Translations under genes and position numbers: made by a program
Source: Nitrososphaerota archaeon
Lineage (GTDB): Archaea; Thermoproteota; Nitrososphaeria_A; Caldarchaeales; Caldarchaeaceae
Assembly: GCA_041641305.1 (NCBI GenBank)
Contig: JBEPYN010000001.1
Span: 288,001 to 352,000, forward strand
Reading direction: 5' to 3'
DNA length: 64,000 nt
Shown here: piece after piece, positions 37,313-45,814 of the stretch
Numbering within the stretch: position 1 is the stretch's first letter
Layout: each line of letters begins with the position of its first letter
Notes under the pieces: model-generated
The model's database searches: none
What the model saw: the letters and a program-made list of their open reading frames with translations, nothing else
What the model was told of the DNA's origin: nothing

Positions 37313-40142
37313 GGTTCTCAACAGCGTGGTAAAGGTTTTACGGGACGCTGTGTTGGAGAGGTTTAGCGACCTCACTCCTCCCCAGATGCAGGCGATTCCA
37401 CATATTTTGAACCGTGAGAACATTCTCTTGATGGCTCCGACAGGCACCGGGAAAACGGAGGCCGCCCTCATCCCCCTAATCAATAACCTGCTGCTGTCCT
37501 CTTCTTTCGAGGGTGTGAAAATCCTCTACATAACACCTCTAAGGGCCCTCAACCGTGACCTGCTCGACAGAATAGATTGGTGGGCGAGCCGCTTCGATAT
37601 GACCGTTGGCGTTAGACACGGCGACACAGGGCAGCGGGAGAGAAGAGCCCAGACCCTCTCACCACCCACCATCCTCATAACTACACCCGAGACACTACAG
37701 ATACTCTTGACAGCCCGTACACTGAGGCAGCATCTGCAACGGGTTGAGGCTGTTGTCGTAGACGAGGTGCATGAACTCGCAGGAGACAAACGAGGCAGCC
37801 AACTCTCCCTCGCCTTGGAGAGGCTTGTGGAGATAACTGGGAGAGATTTTCAGCGTATAGGGTTGTCGGCCACCGTTGGCACACCTGAAAAAATCGCACA
37901 GTTCCTCGTAGGACATGGGAGAAGCTGCGCCATAGTGCGAGTTCCCCTGTCCAAGTCTCTCCAGCTCTCGGTTGAGTATCCCGACCCTGACGAAAACGAT
38001 TACGAGCTTGCTGAGAATCTCTCGATTCATCCCGATGTGGCTGCGAGGCTCAGCCTAATCAGAAGACTCGTCGACCAACACGAGTCCACACTCGTCTTCA
38101 CAAACACAAGGCCGCTATCAGAGATTTTGACCAACAGGTTCAGGGCATGGGACGAGGCCGCACCCATAGGAATACATCACGGGAGCCTCGCCAAATCAAC
38201 CCGCATAGGCGCGGAACAAGCCTTGAAGACTGGTGGCCTCTCGGGAGTCGTCTGCACATCCTCCCTCGAGATGGGTATCGACGTGGGCCGCATAGAGCTC
38301 TGTATACAGTACAATTCCCCACGGGAGGTGACGCGGCTCGTCCAACGTGTGGGCAGAAGCGGCCACACCGTCTCAGGCACGGCAAAAGGGGTTATAATCG
38401 TCACGGACTCGGACGATGCCTTGGAGAGCCTCGCAATCACAAGAAGAGCTTACAGCGACTTGATAGAGGATGTCCTTGTTTTTGAGAATAGTTATGACGT
38501 GGCGGCGCATCAGCTTGCGGGGCTGCTTATTGAACGGAAACGTGTCAAGCTGGAGGATGTTCTCAAGATTTTCCAACGCTCCTACTGCTACAGAAACTTC
38601 ACCATGGAACAGCTCGTGAAAACTGCTCAGCATCTCGAGAAGCTTGGAGCAGCCGTCCTCACATCGGACAACTTTCTCGAAACACCTCCGAAAACAAACA
38701 TCCTCTACGAATACTACTTCAACAACCTCACCATGATACCCGAGGAGAAACAATATCTGGTGGTTAACGAGTCAACAGGCGAAGCCGTAGGCATACTTGA
38801 TGAAGAGTTTGTAGCGGAATATGGTGAACCCGGGACACGCTTCATTTTGATGGGGAAGGCGTGGGAAATCATTCAGACAGGCGGTGAACGGATTTACGTG
38901 GCTCCACTTGACAGCCTCGAGGGGGCCGTGCCCTCATGGGTTGGTGAGGAGATCCCTGTCCCATATGAGGTGGCTCAAGAGGTTGGAGCAATCAGGAGAA
39001 CATACGCGGAAGCATTGACGAGGGGTGAGGAAGAAAAGGTTCTCGAGATGCTTGCCCAACAATACCGCACCACCACAACGCTGTTGAAGAAGTCTCTGCG
39101 TGAGGTAAAGATGCATCATGAACAGGGGTTACCTGTTCCCTCCGACAGATTGGTTATGCTCGAGGAGACACCCGATTACGTCGTGTTGCATGTCTGCGGC
39201 GGCCTCAAGGTCAACAGAACCCTCGCCCGCACAATCGCCTACCAAGTCTCAACGGAGCTGGGCGCAGCTGTCACCGTCCAGCAAGACGCTTACAGAATCG
39301 TCTACAAATCACGTGAAATAACCGCCGAAGCTGTGCTCAACGCGGTGAAAACCCTTGCCGAGGAGCAGAGCTGGAGGCAAAGCTTCAGCAAAGCCGTCGA
39401 GTCTTCGAGCCTGTTTAGACGGAGACTCGTGCATGTCGCCCGCAAGATGGGGATGATTGCTAAGGATGCGAGCCTCCTAGACATCGATACGGCCAAGCTT
39501 GCGGAGGTTTTGAAGGACACGGTCACATACATGGAGGCGCTTCAGCACTGTTTCTTAGCAGATTACGAGCCTGAAAAAGCCTACAACCTGTTGAGAGGCA
39601 TGGTCTCCGGAGAGCTGGAGCTGAGGGTTGTTAGGCTTCTCGAGCCCTCTCCGCTGACCAGTTTAACCGTTAGAAGATATGCCAGCGACATTGACGTGAT
39701 TGCGTCGGAGCGGTTGCATAGGCTTGTTGTCAACGCTGTCCGTGGGAGGCTTAACAACGAGCCTGTCACACTCGTTTGCACCGTGTGCTGGAACTGGGTT
39801 GGGCGGAGTTTGGTTAGGGAGCTCGAGCAGTGGCCTAAATGCCAGTCCTGCGGCTCAAATCGCCTTGGAGTGTTGAGAGAGGAGCTTGAGGCTGTGATGA
39901 ACCTTGTCTCGAGGAAGGGTAAGCCTGTAAACAGGGTTGAGAGACAGATGCGGCGGAGGGCCCTTGAGACATCGAAGCTGGTCGAAAAATATGGGAAAGC
40001 AGCTGTCTTCACACTCGCAAGCAAATATGTCGACGTTGAGGCAGCCGCAGCTATTCTTGAAAAAGAGAGCTCTGTCGGTGTCAGACTTGTGGAGCTGATT
40101 GTTGATGCTGAGAAACAGCGTATTCAGAGTATGTTTAGGTGA
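37293..40142 (+). CDS. lhr: Lhr-family SF2 helicase
   Basis: APTGTGKT, YITPLRALNRD, DEVH, GLSAT, QRVGRSGH, PSWVGE, C-terminal CxxC...CxxC. Confidence 0.92.
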   Translation: MSRQGLEVLNSVVKVLRDAVLERFSDLTPPQMQAIPHILNRENILLMAPTGTGKTEAALIPLINNLLLSSSFEGVKILYITPLRALNRDLLDRIDWWASRFDMTVGVRHGDTGQRERRAQTLSPPTILITTPETLQILLTARTLRQHLQRVEAVVVDEVHELAGDKRGSQLSLALERLVEITGRDFQRIGLSATVGTPEKIAQFLVGHGRSCAIVRVPLSKSLQLSVEYPDPDENDYELAENLSIHPDVAARLSLIRRLVDQHESTLVFTNTRPLSEILTNRFRAWDEAAPIGIHHGSLAKSTRIGAEQALKTGGLSGVVCTSSLEMGIDVGRIELCIQYNSPREVTRLVQRVGRSGHTVSGTAKGVIIVTDSDDALESLAITRRAYSDLIEDVLVFENSYDVAAHQLAGLLIERKRVKLEDVLKIFQRSYCYRNFTMEQLVKTAQHLEKLGAAVLTSDNFLETPPKTNILYEYYFNNLTMIPEEKQYLVVNESTGEAVGILDEEFVAEYGEPGTRFILMGKAWEIIQTGGERIYVAPLDSLEGAVPSWVGEEIPVPYEVAQEVGAIRRTYAEALTRGEEEKVLEMLAQQYRTTTTLLKKSLREVKMHHEQGLPVPSDRLVMLEETPDYVVLHVCGGLKVNRTLARTIAYQVSTELGAAVTVQQDAYRIVYKSREITAEAVLNAVKTLAEEQSWRQSFSKAVESSSLFRRRLVHVARKMGMIAKDASLLDIDTAKLAEVLKDTVTYMEALQHCFLADYEPEKAYNLLRGMVSGELELRVVRLLEPSPLTSLTVRRYASDIDVIASERLHRLVVNAVRGRLNNEPVTLVCTVCWNWVGRSLVRELEQWPKCQSCGSNRLGVLREELEAVMNLVSRKGKPVNRVERQMRRRALETSKLVEKYGKAAVFTLASKYVDVEAAAAILEKESSVGVRLVELIVDAEKQRIQSMFR

Positions 40143-40728
40143 TTTGCTGGTCTCCTTGTGTCTGGAGGTCTGTCAACGCCTTGAGCAACTGTTTTTGGTC
40201 AACCTCGGCAACGGCCCTCCAACCCACCGAGAGTAAACCATCTCCCGCGTCCACGAGATAACCTCTCCGCACAAACTTTTCCAGAGCCGATTCAATTCTC
40301 CACTTCGGCATCTTAGCCTCAAGCATCTCCATCACATCTTTCCGGGGAGCCTTCCCACCTCTTGAGAAAAGCATCGCCAAGGCAGCGGCCAAGACGGCCA
40401 GTTCATCAACACGCCACCCAGCGGCGACGACATCCGAAAGCGTCAAAGGCTCCGCCAGAGTGATGAAGTACCGTGCCCGGTCATAGTCTTCCTCCCCCGG
40501 ATTGTCGACAGCGGTTTCGAACAAAATCTTCACACGCAGCCCCATCGGCTCAAGCCTATGGTTAAGGCTCTCGATGACTTTGAGATAGTTTTTGCCCAAC
40601 CTCCGCCGTAGCTCATAGCCACGTACACCAGGTAGCCTATGGCTTGTGAAGAGCAGCATACCCATGGCTGTTTGTAGGCGTTTTCTAGCGGTGGACTGCT
40701 CAGGCTTCTGTTCAGACAACGAGCTCAT
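40135..40728 (-). CDS. Tandem winged-helix KITE-family protein (ScpB/Nse1/Nse3-like)
   Basis: Two WH-like halves; C-terminal LEKFVRRGYL...VGWRAVAEV; third gene of the SMC operon. Confidence 0.65.
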   Translation of the reverse strand: MSSLSEQKPEQSTARKRLQTAMGMLLFTSHRLPGVRGYELRRRLGKNYLKVIESLNHRLEPMGLRVKILFETAVDNPGEEDYDRARYFITLAEPLTLSDVVAAGWRVDELAVLAAALAMLFSRGGKAPRKDVMEMLEAKMPKWRIESALEKFVRRGYLVDAGDGLLSVGWRAVAEVDQKQLLKALTDLQTQGDQQIT

Positions 40729-41476
40729 CTCCCTTGACCGTGACAACCATCGAGGCTACGCTGCTTCTCTTCACTTTCTCCACGTGAGGTATGAGATGTA
40801 TCTCGCCTGTTAAGGGGTTCTTTTTCAGGTCGGCGTAACCCTCGCTGACCACAAAAGCCGTCAGAAAAGCTCTCTCAACAACCTTAGACGGGCCCTCAGC
40901 GTTGACGAACTTTAGATAATCCACACGTCCCTCGGCATCCCTCGCCGCCAACAATTCCTCCCGAATCCGATTAATATCTTCCTCAAGCATCTCATGTTGT
41001 GAAAAAGTCTGAGGAAGATTATCAAATCCGGGGCTCTCCGTCTCAGGGGTTTCGCCCCTTGTTTTCTCTCTACGTGTGGGTAGGCTTAGGAAATGCTCCA
41101 GCCCCATGTTAAGCATGTACATGGTGAGCTGCTCGGTGTAGAGTATGGGTCTCCAGCTGGATACAAAGGCGGCTGCGAGAGATTTCTTGTCAGAGGAGGC
41201 TATTTTGAGGGCGATTACTTGGCTGTCAAGGAACAGCGAGTTCGTTCTGTCTTTGAGCCATTTGTGCTGAAGAGCAACGACAACAGCTATCCTGTAAAGC
41301 GTCTCAGCGTCGAGGACCAGAACCTCCGTGTTACGAGATTTCTCCAGAATGTTTCGCAGCTTGTTGAGCATAGCTTTGATGTCGAGGTTGTACGGGTCCG
41401 TGCCCGACTTGACCACAGCCTCACACAAGGCAATAACCCTCTCCAGCTCCTCCCTAGCCACCTTGACGCTCGTCAC
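40712..41476 (-). CDS. Kleisin (ScpA/Nse4-like)
   Basis: N-terminal DPYNLDI (cf. ScpA DPWDIDI) with helical bundle; C-terminal WH FLTAFVVSEGYADLKKNPLTGEIHL; GTG start overlaps the SMC stop region. Confidence 0.7.
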   Translation of the reverse strand: MTSVKVAREELERVIALCEAVVKSGTDPYNLDIKAMLNKLRNILEKSRNTEVLVLDAETLYRIAVVVALQHKWLKDRTNSLFLDSQVIALKIASSDKKSLAAAFVSSWRPILYTEQLTMYMLNMGLEHFLSLPTRREKTRGETPETESPGFDNLPQTFSQHEMLEEDINRIREELLAARDAEGRVDYLKFVNAEGPSKVVERAFLTAFVVSEGYADLKKNPLTGEIHLIPHVEKVKRSSVASMVVTVKGDELVV

Positions 41477-43208
41477 CTGAAACCACCTCCGTCTGAGCAG
41501 GGATGAGAACAGCCGACTTCCCTCTAACACTCTGCACTATTATCACGTTCATGTCCTCCGTGAAAGGCACTCTGCCGGGTGTGATGACGATATACTGGGT
41601 GTTTGGGTCGTTTTTAGCCGAGGACGTGAGGATGTGGATTATTCTTTCGCGGTTGAGGGGGTCTAGGTGTACGTCGAACTCGTCAACGGCTCTGAACGGT
41701 GACTTGATGTGTTTCTGGACGGCGAGTAGGAAGGCCATGGTTGCAACGATTCTCTCTCCACCGCTCTGTGTATGTGTGTCGAGAAGTGTGGGCTCTACCC
41801 CGCGGAACCCGACGTATATCTCGATGGAGGCCTTGTCTATGTCATGGAGGTTTCTTAGCTCAATTTTTCCCGCGCCTCCGACAAGGGATAGTATGCGCTG
41901 GTACTCCGGCTCAACCGATGCCACCAGCTCTCTCACAAACTCAGCCCATTTCTGCTTCCTGTACTCCACTTCCGCCATGGTTTTCTTGGCGTTCTCCCCC
42001 AGTTGCTGCGCCTTGAGCTCGGCTTCACGGTACTTTGACTCGGCGATGAGGTACATTTCCTCGGCCTGTGAGTTTGGCGTTCCGAGGGCCGCTATCTGAA
42101 GAGCTACGGACTTTATTTCCTCTGAGATTTCGACAGGTTTGCGGCCGCTGTCTGTCCGCGGCCCCTTTGCCTCGGCTTCGCCGCGTCTGCGCATTATCTC
42201 CTTGTCCAATGCGGTGAGCTCGTACCGGAGCTGCCTAAGCTCGTCCTCCCTTATCTCCCTTCTCTCGAGAAAACGGCCCAGCGACTCCGCCGCCGCCACT
42301 ATACCGTCAACCGTCTCCAATAATACCTTTTCACCCCATCCTTCTCGCAGACCTTTAAGCAGCGACTGGTAATATGTGGAGACTGTGTTACGCGCTTCTT
42401 CAATCCTCGCCTCGAGGCTCTCAGTCTCGCGTCTAATGCTCTCCATCTTCTCCTCAAGCCTCTCCCTCGACTTCTCCGCCTCTCTGACAAGAGACCATAG
42501 ATACTCGAGTTCAAGTAGCTTCTTCTTTTCCTCGAGGCGTCTCAGAATGGTGAGCTTTTCATACTCTTCTCTCCAGAACTCGACAGCCGACCGGGCCTCG
42601 TCGAGAGTTTTACGCAGCACAGCCTCTTCAGCTAAAAGCGCCGAGAGCTTCGCCTCCGTGTCCCTGATTCTCTCCCTTAATCCCGACGCCCCCACAGCCT
42701 CCTCAATCAACGCGAGCTTTTCCCTGCTGTCTCTGCTCACAAACTGCTCAATCATGTTCTGATGCATGATGATGAGGACGTTGTCCGGGTTTATCCCAAT
42801 CTTCGAAAGAAGGTTGCCGACCTCAGCCTTTGTCTTGAAACGGTTGTTGACATAGTGCCAGTATTCGCCGGATTTTTTGAGAAACCGTGTTATCGTAACG
42901 GTGTCGGAGTTTATTGATGGAATGGGTCGGACGCCGTCAATGGGCTTGTTGTCGAAGACGACGGCCACCCTCGCCGACTCGGTTCCCCTGCGAATGAGGT
43001 CAGCCAGTTTCTGTCCCCTTTCGGTGTATGTCTGGCCGAGCGCCACAGAAATAGCCAGCAGTATAGAGGACTTGCCCGCGCCGTTCGGGCCCACGATCAC
43101 GTTAAGACCCCTGCGTAGAGGTATCCGGCTATATTCATGCGACATAAAATTCTCCAGAATAACCTCTCTGATGAAAGGCTTAGGCCTAGTCTCCGCAGCA
43201 GTCGACAC
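41454..43208 (-). CDS. Short SMC-family ATPase with Smc5/6-type head motifs
   Basis: LENFMSH, Walker A GPNGAGKSS, Q-loop NPDN...HQ, signature QSGGER, Walker B PFRAVDEFDVHLD, QYIVITP; coiled coil between head halves. Confidence 0.88.
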   Translation of the reverse strand: MSTAAETRPKPFIREVILENFMSHEYSRIPLRRGLNVIVGPNGAGKSSILLAISVALGQTYTERGQKLADLIRRGTESARVAVVFDNKPIDGVRPIPSINSDTVTITRFLKKSGEYWHYVNNRFKTKAEVGNLLSKIGINPDNVLIIMHQNMIEQFVSRDSREKLALIEEAVGASGLRERIRDTEAKLSALLAEEAVLRKTLDEARSAVEFWREEYEKLTILRRLEEKKKLLELEYLWSLVREAEKSRERLEEKMESIRRETESLEARIEEARNTVSTYYQSLLKGLREGWGEKVLLETVDGIVAAAESLGRFLERREIREDELRQLRYELTALDKEIMRRRGEAEAKGPRTDSGRKPVEISEEIKSVALQIAALGTPNSQAEEMYLIAESKYREAELKAQQLGENAKKTMAEVEYRKQKWAEFVRELVASVEPEYQRILSLVGGAGKIELRNLHDIDKASIEIYVGFRGVEPTLLDTHTQSGGERIVATMAFLLAVQKHIKSPFRAVDEFDVHLDPLNRERIIHILTSSAKNDPNTQYIVITPGRVPFTEDMNVIIVQSVRGKSAVLIPAQTEVVSGDERQGG

Positions 43209-43354
43209 CTTCCTTCCCGCGGGGCCAGCGTCCCGCTATAATATAAATTCCCTCAAACTTCAACCGGCTTCAAATATGCCCGAGGACATAGCGGTGTATA
43301 TTATCCGCTATTACGTGAAGCCGTGGCTGCGATAAGATATAAAGAGTTGACGCC

Positions 43355-44497
43355 TTGTCCGCTGCTTTGGAGATGTCTCAGGAGCTGGAGAGGATAGCTG
43401 CGTCGAGGGCCCGTGAAGCTGTTCAGTATGATAGGAGCGGGCAGCGTAACAAGGCGATAAAATCATACCGGGAGGCGATAGACGTTTTGTGGAAGCTTTA
43501 CCGTCTCAGCCCCGATGGAACAGTCAAACGCATCTACGCCGAGAAAATTAAGGAGTATCAGGCTCGGATTGAGGAGCTTCAGAACGGCGGTGAAGGGCCT
43601 TCTGTTAGGGTGGAGACTTTTGCCGAGCAGTCGGCGCAGCCGCGGCAGCAGCTTCAGAGCGAGAAGCCAAACGTGAGCTGGGACGACATCGTCAACATCG
43701 AGGAGGCTAAGAAAGCTATACGTGAGAGCATAGTTTTCCCCACGAGGAGGCCGGATCTTTTCCCTCTTGGCTGGCCCCGTGGAATACTGTTATTCGGCCC
43801 ACCAGGATGCGGCAAAACGCTGCTGGCTGCGGCCGTGGCGGCGGAGCTTGACGCAAGCTTCTACGTTCTCGACGCCGCATCTATTATGTCGAAGTGGCTG
43901 GGCGAGTCTGAGCGGAACGTCTCTAAGATTTTCAACCAGTGTAGGCAGGAGGCCCGTAGCGGAAAACCATGCATAATATTTATCGATGAAATCGACTCGC
44001 TGACCGCGGAGAGGTTTATGGAGGTGGGTGGTGAGGCGCGTGTGAGAAACCAGTTGATTAAGGAGATGGACGGTATCCTCGATAAGGGACGGCGGGACTT
44101 TCTCTACGTGTTGGCGGCCACAAACAAGCCGTGGCACCTCGACGAACCATTCATAAGAAGGTTTCAAAAACGGATTTTCGTACCGCTGCCCGACATAGAA
44201 GCTCGAATAATGCTCTTCGAGAAATACACCAAGGGTCTACGTCTCGACACAGGTGTGGAGCTTTCTCAGCTTGCTAAAATAACAGACGGCTACTCCGCCG
44301 CAGACATTCACGACATCTGTATGGAGGCTCAGTTGAAAGTTGTCAGCGAATTCTTCGCATCAAACACGGGTGAAAAAGGGGAGCCTAGGCCTATAACCAT
44401 GGATGACTTCATGGAGATAATCAAGAAAAGGAAGCAGTCGGTTGTGCTCGAGAATCTGAAGAAGCTGCTTGACTGGAACTCTAAGCACGGGACTTAG
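43355..44497 (+). CDS. cdvC: Vps4-like AAA ATPase (MIT + AAA)
   Basis: N-terminal MIT helices; RPDLFPLGWPRGILLFGPPGCGKT; SKWLGESE; ATNKPW.LDEPFIRRF. Confidence 0.92.
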   Translation: MSAALEMSQELERIAASRAREAVQYDRSGQRNKAIKSYREAIDVLWKLYRLSPDGTVKRIYAEKIKEYQARIEELQNGGEGPSVRVETFAEQSAQPRQQLQSEKPNVSWDDIVNIEEAKKAIRESIVFPTRRPDLFPLGWPRGILLFGPPGCGKTLLAAAVAAELDASFYVLDAASIMSKWLGESERNVSKIFNQCRQEARSGKPCIIFIDEIDSLTAERFMEVGGEARVRNQLIKEMDGILDKGRRDFLYVLAATNKPWHLDEPFIRRFQKRIFVPLPDIEARIMLFEKYTKGLRLDTGVELSQLAKITDGYSAADIHDICMEAQLKVVSEFFASNTGEKGEPRPITMDDFMEIIKKRKQSVVLENLKKLLDWNSKHGT

Positions 44498-45270
44498 CTA
44501 GCTTCTGCGAACTCGAGCTGTATCAGGCCTTTTTCGTGCAGGCTTTTCAGAGCGTTTGAGACTGTTTCAGGGTCGAGGCTCAGCGAGTTGGCGCATGTCT
44601 CGAGGTCAAGCTCCTCAAGATTTGTCCCCAGAACGTATTCGTATACAGCTTTTTCGACATCTGTTAATCTCGGCACGTCGGGGAACGTCTCCCTCACCTT
44701 CTCGGCCGCGATCTTCCTCGCCTCCTCAAGAATGAATGAAGCCTCTTCAGAGAATTCCGGCACCTTCTCAGATGATGGCTCGACGTAGACACCCGCGTTT
44801 GCCATGAAGTCGTCTATCATCACCATCAGGCTGCGCAGATGCTCTGATGCCTCAGGCGTCACGTAGCTTATCTCGTCGGCCACGTTTTCGAGCATGGTTG
44901 CCAAAGGTCTCAATAGAGTGAGGGCTTCTCCGAGTTCGAGGATGCTTTCCAGCCTTATCTTAACCTGCAAGAGGACAAGTTGACTGTGGAGCACGATGCC
45001 CGCGAGTTTCTTTATCTCAGCAATCTCCGATGCGTAGAGCTTAGCTTTTGCATCGTCTTTAGACTGTAGAGCCTCGACTGTTCTGTTGAAGTATTCACGG
45101 CTCCTCGCGAGCATGTCTCTATACTTGTTGTTTAGTCTCTCTATGTGCGCGTTGAGGGCTGTTACCGCTTTCTCAACCCTCGTCCTAAACTCTTCCGTGA
45201 CCTCGAACGGCTGCGGCTCAGACTGGTCCTCGACATCCCAGTCATCTTTTTTGCGCAGAAACCCGAACAT
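44494..45270 (-). CDS. cdvB: ESCRT-III protein with C-terminal winged helix
   Basis: Snf7 core (AKLYASEIAEIKK...IRLES), EEASFILEEA helix, C-terminal wH (ANSLSLDPETVSNALKSLHEKGLI). Confidence 0.85.
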   Translation of the reverse strand: MFGFLRKKDDWDVEDQSEPQPFEVTEEFRTRVEKAVTALNAHIERLNNKYRDMLARSREYFNRTVEALQSKDDAKAKLYASEIAEIKKLAGIVLHSQLVLLQVKIRLESILELGEALTLLRPLATMLENVADEISYVTPEASEHLRSLMVMIDDFMANAGVYVEPSSEKVPEFSEEASFILEEARKIAAEKVRETFPDVPRLTDVEKAVYEYVLGTNLEELDLETCANSLSLDPETVSNALKSLHEKGLIQLEFAEAS

Positions 45271-45366
45271 CCACCACGTAGCCCAATCGAGATGTTAATA
45301 ATCTTCAACCCTTATGGTCCAAGCGGTATTCTCGCGCTAATACCATGTTACTACACCGCTAATCTC

Positions 45367-45780
45367 TCAGCTGCATCGCGAGAGGAAAATATCCTCCCTC
45401 TCATACTCGGCTACCCAGACCTGCTTGGAGCTTGGTTTAAGCCGGATGCCTACAAACACATATCCCTCTGGAGAGTTCTCGAGGGCGGCTGTGAAGGCTT
45501 CTTCAACCGAGTCTGCCAAATGTTCCTTGAAGAGCCTTTTTTCTCCTTTTTCACGCTCCACTCTGTAGCAGTTGAGGCAAAGTGTCCTTCCCCTCAAAAC
45601 CGTGACGGTCATCCTCCTCACCTTCGCACCACATCCATCACACACCACCGGCTGCAGACCGCATCGCCTGCAAACGTAGCCAAACCCAGTAACGTAGTGG
45701 TGGCTGTCGGCCTTCTCGGCCACCGCTCCACAGACCCTGCACGCTACGGTCTCTGCCCTTTTTCCATGGTGTCCAAGCAT
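45367..45780 (-). CDS. Small protein with four CxxC motifs (double zinc finger)
   Basis: CRVC, CRRC, CDGC, CLNC. Confidence 0.65.
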   Translation of the reverse strand: MLGHHGKRAETVACRVCGAVAEKADSHHYVTGFGYVCRRCGLQPVVCDGCGAKVRRMTVTVLRGRTLCLNCYRVEREKGEKRLFKEHLADSVEEAFTAALENSPEGYVFVGIRLKPSSKQVWVAEYEREDIFLSRCS

Positions 45781-45814
45781 CTGGCGGCCCTGTGCTGGTT
45801 ATCAAATAAAAGGT

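Noticed and set aside
40135-43208. Wadjet/MksBEFG or Rad50-Mre11 assignment for the SMC operon
   Set aside because: No JetD/Toprim nuclease, Mre11, NurA or HerA adjacent; no zinc hook; head motifs are Smc5/6-like
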